In this document: positions 12,652 to 24,811 of the stretch, piece after piece
Position numbering within the stretch: position 1 is the first letter of the stretch
Layout: each line of letters starts with the position of its first letter
DNA from: Scyliorhinus canicula
Taxonomy: Eukaryota
NCBI RefSeq assembly: GCF_902713615.1
Contig: NC_052166.1
Span: 1,922,001-1,986,000, forward strand
Reading direction: 5' to 3'
Length of the DNA: 64,000 nucleotides
Position numbers and translations under genes: made by a program
Notes under the pieces: model-generated
The model's database searches: none
Seen by the model: only the letters and a program-made list of their open reading frames with translations
Told to the model about the DNA's origin: nothing

Positions 12652-13944
12652 TGAAGGATCTTAGGATTTGAAGTTAATTCAATTCAGGGTTACCGGTCGT
12701 TCTTGTACATTGCTGAAACTCAGTAGAAATTCAAGTTAAAAACTTGTCAGGTGCAAATAAGAATTGTTTTATTTGGAGTTCATTGGTTACAACTTGAAAA
12801 TCATTTAAAAGGCAGTTTGTAGACAATTTGATTTTTTTCAAAGAATCACAGGAATTATCTTCTGAGACAACAGCTTGAACACAACTTTAAAAGTCAAAGT
12901 CTGAAGTCAAAGTCTGAAATGAAATATGAATACAGAACTTTTTTCTAACTCTCTTCCTTTCCTTTCCTTTCCTTTTCTATCTAACCCTTCCTGTCTCTCT
13001 CAACTCTTTCTTTCTATCTCTCTCAACTCTTTCTTTCTATCTCTCTCAACTCTTTCTTTCTATCTCTCTCAACTCTTTCTTTCTATCTCTCTCAACTCTT
13101 TCTTTCTATCTCTCTCAACTCTTTCTTTCTATCTCTCTCAACTCTTTCTTTCTATCTCTCTCAACTCTTTCTTTCTATCTCTCAAATGGTGGCCAAATCG
13201 TCCATGGATATACTATTTCATATCTGTCTTAAGCGATCCGATCACACCCAATATAATCATAATTGGTTTGAGTTAAACGCAAACACATTTGATTTGATAG
13301 CAAGCTGTCCATCTTCACTATGTAACATTACTTCCAATTGTTGCCTGCTTGCTTATTTTTGCATGTTAAAGAATGCGATATTGTGCTTTATCAAAACCAG
13401 CAAAAACTGGTCTAATGCTGACCTACCTATTGCCACAATAGAGACCTCATGCTGACCTCACTACTGCAACAATGGAGACCTTATGTTATCTCGTCATGTC
13501 ACGCTGGGCATAACTCCGAAAATATAATTCTAACTGTCTATTTCAATTCAGTCTTTTATAAAATCGTTATAATGAGAATGTTGGAATCAAATATATATAT
13601 TATATTTGATTCGATGTTTTAATTGTCCATTTATTAAAAATAAGGCAACACAGTTCAAGATATGTTTTAGCTTGTATAACTCATGGGATATGATTCAACC
13701 TAATCTCGAGCGGTGTGAGAACCGTAGAATCCTTCATTCCTACCCGTCGTTGCCATGGATTCAGCCCTTGTCCTTGGAGAAATGTAATGACCTTATCAGA
13801 CTTCTGTGTTACTTTCAAAATCATGACCATGAGTTTTGCAAAATATATGTTCTCTTTAATTTTAAAACTGGGAATTAATATTTATGCTTTAAGCAGCTAT
13901 CTTTTTACCTATATTAAGTGTATTAGAAATACCTGGCTTCTACA
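12652..13944 (-). repeat. ERV 5' LTR (~1293 bp)
   Basis: Direct repeat of 526-1715; candidate TATA (TATAAAAG, minus, ~13553-13560) and AATAAA (minus, ~12768-12773). Confidence 0.95.
12994..13184. repeat. 23-bp VNTR inside the LTR (8 copies in the 5' LTR, ~4 in the 3' LTR)
   Basis: (ctctctcaactctttctttctat)n, with caactc at a 23-bp period from 13001 to 13162. Confidence 0.9.
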
Positions 13945-16481
13945 GTAACGTTATGGTGGGGCAGGCAATAAACAAAGAAATAACTGATACATGTAGAAAT
14001 GGTACAGCAGTTATCATGGGGGATTTTAATCTATATGTCGATTGGTTTAACCAGGTCGGTCAAGGCAACCTTGAGGAGGAGTTTATAGAATGTATTTGCG
14101 ATAGTTTCCTAGAACAGTATGTAATGGAACCTATGAGGGAACAAGCGTTCCTAGATCTTGTCCTGTGTAATGAGACAGGATTGATTCATGATCTCATAGT
14201 TAGGGATCCTCTCGGAAGGAGCGATCACAATATGGTTGAATTTAAAATACAGATGGAGGGTGAGAAGGTAAAATCAAATACTAGTGTTTTGTGTTTAAAC
14301 AAAGGAGATTACAATGGGATGAGAGAAGAACTAGCTAAGGTAGACTGGGAGAAAATACTTTATGGTGGAACAGTTGAGGAACAATGGAGAACCTTCCAAG
14401 CGATTTTTCACAGTGCTCAGCAAAAGTTTATATCAACAAAAAGGAAGGACGGTATAAAGAGGGAAAATCGACCGTGGATATCTAAGGAAATAAGGGAGAG
14501 TATCAAATTGAAGGAACAAGCATACAAAGTGGCAAAGATTGGTGGGAGACTAGAACACTGGGAAATATTTAGGGGGCAATAGAAAGCTACTAAAAAAGCT
14601 ACAAATTAGAGTAAGATAGAGTATGAGGGTAAACTTGCTCAGAGTATAAAAACAGACAGTAAACTTTTTACAAATATATAAGACAAAAAAGAGTGGCTAA
14701 GGTAAATATTGGTCCTTTAGAGGATGAGAAGGGAGTTTTAGTAATGGGAGATGAGGAAATGGCTGAGGAACTGAACAGGTTTTTGGGTCGGTCTTCACAG
14801 TGGAAGACACAAATAACATGGCAGTGACTGTTAGAAATGAGGCTATGACAGGTGAGGACCTTGAGAGGATTGTTATCACTAAGGAGGTAGTGATGGGCAA
14901 GCTAATGGTGCTAAAGGTAGACAAGTCTCCTGGCCCTGATGAAATGCATCCCAGAGTGCTAAAAGAGATGGCTAGGGAAATTGCAGATGCAATAGTGATA
15001 ATTTACCGAAATTCACTAGACTCAGGTGGTCCCGGTGGATTGGAAATTAGCAAATGTGACACCACTGTTTAAAAAAGGAGGTAGGCAGAGAGCAGGAAAT
15101 TATAGGCCAGTGAACTTAACTTCGGTAGTAGGGAAGATGCTGGAATCTATCATCAAGGAAGAAATAGCGAGGCATCTGGATAGAAATTGTCCCATTGGGC
15201 AGACGCTGCATGGGTTCATAAAAGGCAGGTCGTGCCTAACCAATTTAGTGGAATTTTTTGACGACATTAACAGTGCAGTAGATAACGGGGAGCCAATGAA
15301 TGTGGTATATCTGGATTTCCAGAAAGCCTTTGATAAGGTGCCACACAAAAGGTTGCTGCATAAGATAAAGATGCATGGCATTAAGGGTAAAGTAGCAGCA
15401 TGGATAGAGGATTGGTTAATTAATAGAAAGAAAAGAGTGGGGATTAATGGGTGTTTCTCTGGTTGGCAATCAGTAGCTCGTGGTGTCCCTCAGGGATCCG
15501 TGTTGGGCCCACAATTGTTCACAATTTACATAGATGATTTGGAGTTGGGGACCAAGGGCAATGTGTCCAAGTTTGCAGATGACACTAAGATGAGTGGTAA
15601 AGCGAAAAGTGCAGAGGATACAGGAAGTCTGCAGAGGGATTTGGATAGGTTAAGTGAATGGGCTAGGGTCTGGCAGATGGAATACAATGTTGACAAATGT
15701 GAGGTTATCCATTTTGGTAGGAATAACATCAAACTGGATTATTATTGAAACAATAAAATATTAAAGCATGCTGCTGTGCAGAGAGACCTGGGTGTGCTAG
15801 TGCATGAGTCACAGAAAGTTGGTTTACAGGTGCAACAAATGTAATTTTGTCCTTCATTGCTGGAGGAATGGAGTTTAAGACTAGGGAGGTTATGCTGCAA
15901 TTGTATAAGGTGTTAGTGAGGCCACACCTGGAGTATTGTGTTCAGTTTTGGTCTCCTTACTTGAGAAAGGACGTACTGGCACTGGAGGGTGTGCAGAGGA
16001 GATTCACTAGGTTAATGCCAGAGCTGAAGGGGTTGGATTACGAGGAGAGGTTGAGTAGACTGGGACTGTACTCGTTGGAATTTAGAAGGATGAGGGGGGA
16101 TCTTATAGAAACATATGGAATTATGAAGGGAATAGATAGGATAGATGCGGGCAGGTTGTTTCCACTGGCGGGTGAAAGCAGAAATAGGGGGCATTGCCTC
16201 AAAATAAGGGGAAGTAGATTTAGGACTGAGTTTAGGAGGAACTTCTTCACCCAAAGGGTTGTGAATCTATGGAATTCCTTGCCCAGTGAAGCAGTTGAGG
16301 CTCCTTCATTAAATGTTTTTAAGGTAAAGATAGATAGTTTTTTGAAGAATAAAGGGATTAAGGGTTATGATGTTCGGGCCGGAAAGTGGAGCTGAGTCCA
16401 CAAAAGATCAGCCATGATCTTTTTGAATGGTGGAGCAGGTTCGAGCGGCCAGATGGCCTACTCCTGCTCCTAGTTCTTATA
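13945..16481 (+). mobile_element. CR1 LINE copy A, right part (ORF2 APE-RT and 3' tail)
   Basis: ORFs 13953-14582, 15026-15748 (SKFADDTK), 15847-16395; tail ctcctgctcctagttcttat. Confidence 0.92.
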
Positions 16482-16686
16482 TTACCACATTCACCTCCTG
16501 TTAAAATTGAGTCCGGCGGGGGTGGTGGAGAACTATATACAGCACATGTTATTAAATACAGAGGCAAAAAAAATGTTTGAGTCCTGTACATGGTGTTTTA
16601 AGAGCCCCGAACCAGTTAGAGGCTTAGCCGGTCCGGAGCCTTGATCTGAGATTGGGAGCGACGCAGTGGTGGCGGCGATTCCAGTG

Positions 16687-19330
16687 TTAGTGTGGTCCTC
16701 GGTGACTCCAGGAGCGTGCTGAAATACTCTTGATCCTCAGGCATGGGGAGGGGGAGGACTGATGGTCCCGGGGGTTGCTGTTGTGTGCGTCAGGGAAGGG
16801 GAGGGTGGCGCAGGGCCGGAGGGGTGTGTGTGTGGAACCTGCTGGTGCCAGGTCCTTGAGGGAGACAGTATCTTGGCAGCCGTCGGGGTACGCTACGTAG
16901 GCATACTGGGGGTTGGCGTGGAGTAATTGCACCCTTTCAACCAACGGGTCCGCCTTGTGGAGTCGTATGTGCTTACGGAGGAATACGGGTCCTGAAGCTG
17001 CAAGCCAAGTCGGGAGCGACACCCCGGAGGTGGACTTCCTGGGAAAGGTAAAGAGACGTTAATGGGGTGTGTCGTTAGTCGCAGTGCATAGGAGTGACCG
17101 AATGGAGTACAGTGCATCGGGGAGGACTTCCTGCTGGCGGGAGGCCGGGAGATTTCTGGACCATAGGGCCAGCTGGATGGCCATCCATACCGTCATGTTC
17201 TCCCTCTCCACCTGCCCAATTCCCAGGAGGTTATAGCTGGTCGCCCTGCTCGATACCCCTGCGGAGCAGGAACTGACGGAGCTCATTGCTCATGAGTAAG
17301 GATCCCCTGTCGCTGTGGATGTAGGTGGGTAAGCCGAACAGAGGGAAGATGGTGTTGAGGGCTTTGATGACGGTGGCAGACGTAATGTCGGGGCATGGGA
17401 TGGCGAAGGGGAACCTGGAGTACTCATTGACCACACTGAGGAAATACGTGTTACGGTCGGTGGAGGGGAGGGGCCCTTTGAAATCCACGCTGAGGCGTTC
17501 AAAGGGGCGGGAGGCCTTCACCAGGCACGCACGGCCCGGCTGGTAAAAGTGCGGTTTGCACTCCGCACAGACCTGGCAGTCTCTGGTGATTGCCCTGACT
17601 TCCTCGACGGAGTCGGGCAGATTGCGGGCCTTGGTGAAATAGTACACCCGTGTGACTCCCAGGTGACGAAGTTTGTCTTGCAGAGTCCGGAGTCTGTCCA
17701 CCTGTGCACTGGCACATGTACCTAGGGATGGGGCATCGGGGGGCTCGTTGAGCTTGCCGGGACGATACAAAATCTCGTAGTTGTAGGTGGAGAGCTTGAT
17801 CCTCCACCTCAAGATTTTATCATTTTTAATCTTGCCCCGCTGTGTGTTAAACATGAAGGCTACCGACCATTGGTCAGCGAGGAGAGTGAATCTCCTACCG
17901 GCCAGGTAATGCCTCCAATACTGCACAGTTTCAACGATGACTTGGGCCTCTTTTTCGACGAAGGAGTGCCGAGTTTCGGAGGCATGAAGGGTTCATGAAA
18001 AGAATGCCACGGGCCTGCCTGCCTGGTTGAGGGAGGAGGCTAAATCAACGTCTGATGTGTCGCTCTCAACTTGAAATGGTAACGTCTCGTTGACTGCATG
18101 CCTTGATGATGTCGGCCTTAATACGGGTTGAAGGCCTGGTGAGCCTCGGCCGTCAGGGGGAACAGAGTGGACTGAATGAGTGGGCGGGCCTTGTCCGCAT
18201 AATTTTGGACCCACTGGGCGTAGTAAGAAAAGAACCCCAGGCAATGTTTGAGGGCCTTGGGGCAGTGGGGGAGGGGGAATTCCATGAGGGGGTGCATGCG
18301 GTCAGGATCTCCGTTCTGGACCGCATAGCCGAGGGTGGCTAAGCGGTTCGTGCTGAACACTCACTTCTTGTTATAAGTTAGGTTGAGAAGAGTGGGGGTG
18401 TGGAGGAATTTGGCAAGGTTGGCATCATGGTCCTGCTCATCGTGGCCGGAGATGGTGACATTGTCTAGGTACAGGAAAGTGGCCCGCAGCCTGTACCGGT
18501 CGACCATTCGGTCCATCACCCGTTGGAAGACCGAGGCCCAATTTGGTGACGCCGAAGGGAACCCTAAGAAAATGGTAGCGGCGGCCATCTGCCTCAAAGG
18601 CAGTGTATGGGCGGTCCGTTTACGGATGGGGAGCTGGTGATAGGCGGATTTTAGGTCCACAGTTGAGAAGACCCGGTACTGTGCAATCTGATTGACCATA
18701 TCAGATATGCGTGGGAGGGGGTACGCGTCGAGCTGCGTGTACCGATTGATGGTCTGGCTGTAGTCCACGACCATTTTGTGTTTCTCCCCAGTTTTCACCA
18801 CTACCACTTGGGCTCTCCAGGGTCTGTTGCTGGCCTCGATGATGCCTTCCAGAAGCAGCCGCTGGACCTCGGACCTGATGAAGGTCCTGTCCTGGGCTCT
18901 GTACCGTCTGCTCCTGGTGGCGACGGGTTTGCAATCCGGGGTTAGGTTTGCAAATAGGGAGGTGGGTCGACCTTTAGGGTCGTGAGGCCGCACACAGTAA
19001 GGGGTGGTGGGGCCCGCCGAATTGCAATGTTAGGCTCTGCAGGTTGCACTGGAAGTCCAGGCAGAGTAGCAGGGCAGCTCAGAGGTTGGGGAAGACGTAG
19101 AGGCACAAGCCGCTGAATTCTATGCCCTGGACAGTGAGCATGACTATACAGTACCCCCGGATCACTACGGAGTGGGACCCAGAGGCCAGGGAGATTCTCT
19201 GGTTGGCGGGGTGTACCGTGAGGGAGCAGCGCCTTACCGTATCGGGGTGGATGAAGCTTTCTGTGCTCCCGGATTCCAGCAGAAGGAGATCTCGTGCCCA
19301 TCTATCTTCACACTTGTAGAGGCGGTGGCT
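16687..19330 (-). pseudogene. pol: Gypsy pol (PR-RT-RNaseH-IN), frameshifted
   Basis: VDLKSAYHQ, YLDNVTISG, FQVESDTS, WRHYLAGRRF, SVDFKGPLP, IHSDRG, GQVERE. Confidence 0.88.
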
Positions 19331-20401
19331 AGATTGTGCGGGCGAGACTGGTCAATCGTGACCGAGGTGAGGCGCGACTGGTCGTTGTTGGTGTCAGACG
19401 ATGGGGTGCTCGGGGGGCATGGGTCCTGGTACGATGGTGGCGCCCACGTGCCATGGGGGAGACAAGATGGCGGCGCCTGATGATCCTGAGGAGGACAAGA
19501 TCGCGGCGTCCAGGGGCCGCACGTGGTGGGGGTTGAACAAGATGGCAGAGCCCTTGGGCCGCACGTGGTCCGAGGAGGGGAAGATGGCGGCGCCCACTGG
19601 CCGTGCGTGGTCCAAGGAGGGGAAGATGGCGATGCCCAATGTCTGTACGCGGGGGGGGGGGTGTCGGAGCGATAGCAGCGACTGAGCGGGCCTGGCACAC
19701 CGCAGCAAAGTGCCCCTTCTTGCCACAGGCCTTGCAAAAAGCACTCCGGGCCGGGCAGCATTGGCGGGGGTGTTTTTGCTGCCCACAGAAGTAACATCTG
19801 GGGCCCCTGGGGTTGGCTGGCTGGCGCGTGGCACAGGCGTAGGATTGGTTGAGTGAGGTCCCCGGTGGGTCGGCCGTCTGCATTGGAGGGGTGGGCCACG
19901 CGGCCAGGTGTGTAGGCCTGGATATTGCGCGAGGCGACCGTCATTGATAGCGCCAGCTTTTTGGCTGCCGCGGATGTGATCTGACCCTACCCCCGTAACT
20001 AAAGCGTCTCGCATGAGTAGATTCGAGTGTTCCGTGACGGCCTGACAGTCACAGTCTCTGACCAGGGGAATTAGAGCATGCCAGAAATCTTCTATTGACT
20101 CACCAGGGAGTTAACTACGAGTGGAAAGGATGTGTCTGGCAAAGAGCGTGTTCGTCCGCTGGGCGTAGTTTTCTTTCAGTAGCGCCATGGCATCGTCGTA
20201 GGTCAGTGCATCCTGGATAAGCGGAAAAACGTTGGAGCTGAGCTGCGTGTAGAGGATCTGGATCTTCTGAGCTTCCGGAATTGGATCTGGTGCAGACCTA
20301 ATGTAGGCTTTGAAACAGGCTAGCCAATGTTCAAAGTCCTTTTTGGCTTTGCTTGATTGCGGTTCCAGCTGCAGGCGATCTGGCTTGATGAGGAGGTCCA
20401 T
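19331..20401 (-). pseudogene. gag: Gypsy gag
   Basis: MDLLIKPDRLQL...; CYFCGQQKHPRQCCPARSAFCKACGKKGHFAAVC. Confidence 0.85.
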
Positions 20402-20427
20402 CTTCTGAAAACTTTAATGTAATAAAT

Positions 20428-20655
20428 TGATGCACTATCAATTGCACAAAGATGAGAGTTGAATACAACTGAGGCTTTATTGCACTAAGATGTGTGGCCT
20501 CCTACAGCAACTGGCGAAATGGCTGCTGTACTGGAGGCACACATATTTATACTCCGCCTACTGGGCGGAGCCAGCAGGCCGGGACTACTCGCGTACCTGT
20601 AGAACAGGGCCTTACCACTCATCACCTAATATATACATCAATGGTGACTACCACA
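20428..20655 (-). repeat. Gypsy 5' LTR (228 bp)
   Basis: TG...CA ends; minus-strand TATAAAT and AATAAA; terminal taccaca matches 16483-16489. Confidence 0.8.
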
Positions 20656-20698
20656 GCGAGTCAAGAGGTGAGTTACTCTCCGCAGGATTCCCAGCCTC

Positions 20699-21085
20699 TG
20701 ACCTGGTAAGTTGGGTCTGTGGGGACTACGTTTACTGCAGCAGGCTTCCAACACTTGAAGAAATGCAACTCGATTTTATTGAACTCTTAACTATCATACA
20801 TACTTTAACTGTGGGTTGACACTATGCTGAGTTGACTGGAGATCTGAGGCTAACCTGACCAGACTATCTTACTACCACATGGTGTATGTTCTAGTTGTTT
20901 CTCATGGGCTCTGACTGTCTCAGAGGCTGCATCCCCAGAGAGCGGGAAAACTAGTGCCCTCTGGCTAATAGTGGTCGTGTCCTGTCTGGTGATTGGCTGC
21001 TGTGTTCTATGTGTTCATTGGCCATCCTGTGTGTCAATCACTGCCTGTCTGTGCACCACCATATACTTGTGTGTCTATTTTGACA
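20699..21085 (-). mobile_element. Solo LTR-like repeat, same family as 50300-50703
   Basis: Long shared blocks such as caggcttccaacacttgaagaaatgcaactcgattttattgaactc; TSD not evident. Confidence 0.7.
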
Positions 21086-21153
21086 AATAGTGGGGTAATC
21101 AGTGGTGGTAAAACCATTGAATGGCAAAGAGAGATAGTTAGATTCCCTCTTGT

Positions 21154-21386
21154 GGGTAGCACGGTGCGCAGTGGGTTAGCACTGTGGCCTCACGGCGCTG
21201 AGTTTCGATCCTGGCTTTGGGTCACTGTCCGTGTGGAGTTTGCGCATTCTCCCCGTGTCTGCATGGGTTTCGCCCCCACAACCCAATAAATGTGCAAGCT
21301 AGGTAGATTGGCCACGCTAAATTGCCCCTTAATTTGAAACAATGAATTGGGTACCCTAAATTTTTTTAAAAATAAATAAAACAAAA
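21154..21386 (+). mobile_element. Short V-SINE variant with A/T tail
   Basis: tRNA head plus V core; flanked by an ~14-bp TSD agat(t)ccctcttgt. Confidence 0.85.
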
Positions 21387-21483
21387 AGATCCCTCTTGTT
21401 GGAGATATTGAGTGCCTGGTACGTAGGTGACAAGAATGCAACTTGCTAATGGTGTTGCTCGTTATGCTCTCCTTAATTTGCTC

Positions 21484-21962
21484 TGTTTTAATTATGTTTG
21501 CTCAAGAGTCGCCAGGTATTTTTCGATACCGCCACAAGGTTCAAAACCGAATGCTGATCAAAAACTCGATACACCAGTTAGTAAGTTTGAAATCAATGCA
21601 CATTTATTTACACACACAGTCAATTATACTCATGCACAAACTCTACTCACTAAACTACAACTACTACTAAAAGCCTATACTTAGCTTCGGGCGCCCACTC
21701 AGTCAGAGGAACAATGGCCATTGTCCGGTTCTGAGGCTGCTGGAATCAAACTGGTATAGAATAGTAGCTGGAGCGCCTATCTCGTAGCGTGCGTTGACTA
21801 TAGACTTACTTGTCTGGTGCTTGGCGGGTCTCTCGTCACTGAGAGCCAAGGCCAAGATGAAGATGAAGAAGGAGAGCGCAATCTGTCTTGGGGGCTCCTT
21901 TTTATACCCCAAAAGGGCTTTGCGTCGTTTTGGGTGGGCCTTGAACTTGGCCCCAATTAATT
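21484..21962 (-). mobile_element. Probable LTR fragment
   Basis: Minus-strand GGGGTATAAAAAGG and downstream AATAAA, typical LTR composition; boundaries uncertain. Confidence 0.45.
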
Positions 21963-21965
21963 ATA

Positions 21966-22077
21966 GCACGGGAGAGAACGTGCAGACTCCGCACGGACAG
22001 TGACCCAAGCCGGGAATCGAACCTGGGACCCTGGAGCTAAGAAGCAACAATGCTATCCACTGTGCTGCCGTGCTGCC
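21966..22077 (-). mobile_element. V-SINE 5' fragment
   Basis: Reverse complement of the ggcagcacggcagcacagtgg head and part of the core. Confidence 0.8.
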
Positions 22078-22084
22078 TCGGAAA

Positions 22085-22190
22085 CCAAATTTCCCCATCA
22101 GCCATGGGATTTGAACCTGAGACCCCAGAGCATTACCCTGGGTCTCTGGATTACTAGTCCAATGACAATTCCACTATGCCATCATATCCC
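22085..22190 (-). mobile_element. tRNA-derived SINE head of a second family
   Basis: Minus strand ggcatagtgg...ggactagtaatccagagacc...ggttcaaatccc (A/B-box-like). Confidence 0.55.
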
Positions 22191-24269
22191 ATGCCACCTT
22201 GTGCAAATGGGAAAAGAATGAAAACACCCCCTCCCCCAAGTGCTCCATGAACCCCCTTAACTCCTTTGCTTCCGCCAACACTCTCCCTGATCTCGAACTT
22301 GACCAGTCCAGTCTCGGATCCAGAACTGTATTAAATTTCCCCCGTCATAACCAGCTGATGAGAGTCCAGGTAAGAGATCTTCCCCAGCACCCTCCGCATA
22401 AAATGAATATCATCCCAATTCGGGGCATAGATATTTACCAATACCACCGGCAACCCCTCTAGTTTCCCACTTACACGACAGATCTCACACCAGAGTCAGC
22501 CACTATGCTCCCCACTTCAAACGCCACCCGCTTGTTAATCAAAATCGCCATCCCCCTTGTTTTAGAGTCCAATCCTGAGTGAAATACCTGCCATATCCAC
22601 CTCAGTCTAGTCTGGTCCCCCACCTTCAGATGCATCTCCTGCATCACCACGTCCACTTTCAAGCTTTTTAAATGTGCGAACAGGTGGGCCCTTGTGACTG
22701 GCCCATTCAACCCTCGCACGTTCCACGTAATCCGCCTGGTTGAGGGGCATCATTCCCCCATCATTCCCCCACCCCCCCTCCGATCAACCAGAGCCCCTCT
22801 TGGGCCAGCCTCCAGCCCACTTCTCACACCTCCTCACACACCGCCAATGACATTCCTCCTAACACTTTTTAGAAATCCCTCCCCTGTCAGCCGTTCTTCC
22901 CCCCCCTCCCCGTCCCCCATAGCAACAGTCCCAATCCCCATCCCCCCACTAACCACCTGCTCACCCCCCCCCCCCTCCCCCCCCACTGCACTTCCGTGAA
23001 CTAGCCCACCCAGCTAGCCTGGTAGCCTCTGGCCATGGTGCCTAGCATCCTACCCCCCTCCCCCCACTGATTCCACCTGCTGCTCACCAATCCTGCTAGT
23101 GCAACAAAAACAACTCCACCCCAAGTCCAATCGAAGAGAACAACCCCCACCAAAGAACTGAAACAAACCCAGAGCAAAACAATGGTCCCAAACAGGAACA
23201 CGGTATAACAGTAACCAAACCTAACCCCCGAAACACAGTACAAAGGCCTCTCCACCAGATCTCAATGTTCTCATTCTCCTGCCAGTCCATTGTCTCTGTA
23301 AAATTCCCTCGCCTCCTCCAACGTCCCAGAATACAGTTCCCGACCTTCATAGATCACCCACGAGCGCGCCGGGTATAACATCCCGACCATCACCCCCTTC
23401 TTAAACAGAACTGCCTTGACCTTTTAAAACTTACCCTCCTCTTGTTCAGCTCTGCACCCAGGTCCTGATATACCCGAAGTTCACTGCCCTCCCAGGTGCC
23501 TCGCCTCGTTTGCCTGGCCCACCTCAAAATCCGCTCCTTGTCCAGGAATTGGTGCAGTCTGACGACCATCGCCCTTGGCATTTTGTTCGCCTGCGGCTTC
23601 CTCAGTAGCCCTATTCCTATTCTGGAAGTCCACCAGCTACTCATAGAAAATAGAACATACAGTGCAGAAGAAGGTCACTCGGCACATCGAGTCTGCACCA
23701 ACCCACTTAAGCCCTCACTTTCACCCTATCCCCGTAACCCAATAACCCCTCCCAACCTTTTTAGTCACTATGGGCAATTTATCACGGCCAATCCACCTAA
23801 CCTGCACGTCTTTGGACTGTGGGGGGAAATCGGAGCACCCGGAGGAAACCCACGCACACACGGGGAGAAAGTGCAGACTCCGCACAGACAGTGACCCAAG
23901 CCGGGAATCAAACTTGGGACCCTGGCGCTGTGAAGCCACAGTGCTATCCACTTGTGCTACCCTTTGTGCTACCGTGCTGCCCTTTGACCCACTTTGTTGA
24001 CCATTGAGCCGGCTGGTCCGATCCCTGACCCTGCGCCATCTCCACCTGTGTCGCAGGCACCACACTAGTTTTTGTTATCTGCTCAACTCTCTTACGGCCG
24101 CTTCTGGTCCTCAACTTCATTCACCGATGGGTCACTCTCTCCCAGTAACACCTGCACCTTTTTTCTCCCAAATCCCAACCCATTAACCTAGTAAAAGGTC
24201 CAAAAAAAAAATTGCCTCGAGCAGGAGCTACCAAATGTGCGACCACTCGCACCATGGCCGCCATCTGAA
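22191..24269 (-). mobile_element. Degenerate L1-clade LINE 5' part (5' UTR, ORF1 pieces, spacer, APE start), SINE-interrupted
   Basis: RGLNGPVTRAHLFAHLK (22471-22719); PRAMVVRLHQFLDKERILRWA (23390-23644); 5' end resembles 31740. Confidence 0.8.
23642..23981 (-). mobile_element. V-SINE
   Basis: Head, core and CR1-like tail on the minus strand. Confidence 0.88.
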
Positions 24270-24811
24270 GTCCCTCCTCTATCCATTTTTGAAACCAAGG
24301 TTGTAATGAGGTCAGGAGCTGAATGACCCTGCCAAAACCAAAACTGATTATCGGTGGGCAGGTTATTGCTGACTAAGTGCGGCTTGATAGAACTGTTAAT
24401 GACTTCTTCTGTTAATTAACTGATGATCGAGAGGAGACTAATAGGGCGGTAATTGGCTGGGTTGGATTTATTCTGCTTTTTGTGTACAGAACAGACCTGG
24501 GCAATTTTCCACATTGCCAGGTAGATGCCAGTGTTGTAGCTGTACTGGAACAGCTTGGCTAGGGATGAGGCAAGTTCTGGAGCACAAGTCTTCAGTGGTA
24601 TTGCTGGGATATTGTCAGGGCCCATAGCCTTTGCAGTATCCAGTGCCTTCAGCTGTTCATGATATCACGTGGAGTGAATCGTATTGGCTGAAGACTGACA
24701 CCTGTGATGCTGGGGACCTATGGAGGAGTGAATGCTAATATTCTATATCAAATATGATTTTGATGATGTTCGCAGCCATCTTCTGCAGCATTTTTAAAAG
24801 TGCCGCATCAG

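Larger units (their letters stand above)
526..13944 (-). mobile_element. Endogenous retrovirus, full-length degenerate provirus (LTR-PBS-gag-pro-pol-env-LTR)
   Basis: Two TG...CA LTRs (526-1715, 12652-13944), a PBS, gag/PR/RT/RH/IN/env motifs in order on the minus strand, and an approximate 5-bp TSD GTAAC (left copy G(T)TAAC at 520-525, right 13945-13949). Confidence 0.95.
16483..20655 (-). mobile_element. Ty3/Gypsy (Mag-like) LTR retrotransposon, degenerate; 3' LTR reduced to ~7 bp
   Basis: gag with two Cys-His boxes, PR, RT, RH and IN in order; PPT caggaggtgaa followed by TGTGGT at 16489; 5' LTR 20428-20655. Confidence 0.9.

Noticed and set aside
12926-13948. Plus-strand ORFs within the LTRs
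   Set aside because: They are low-complexity VNTR translations or short ORFs not preserved between the two LTRs.
22694-23350. Pro-rich or hydrophobic ORFs
   Set aside because: They are translations of the L1 inter-ORF spacer and are compositional artefacts.
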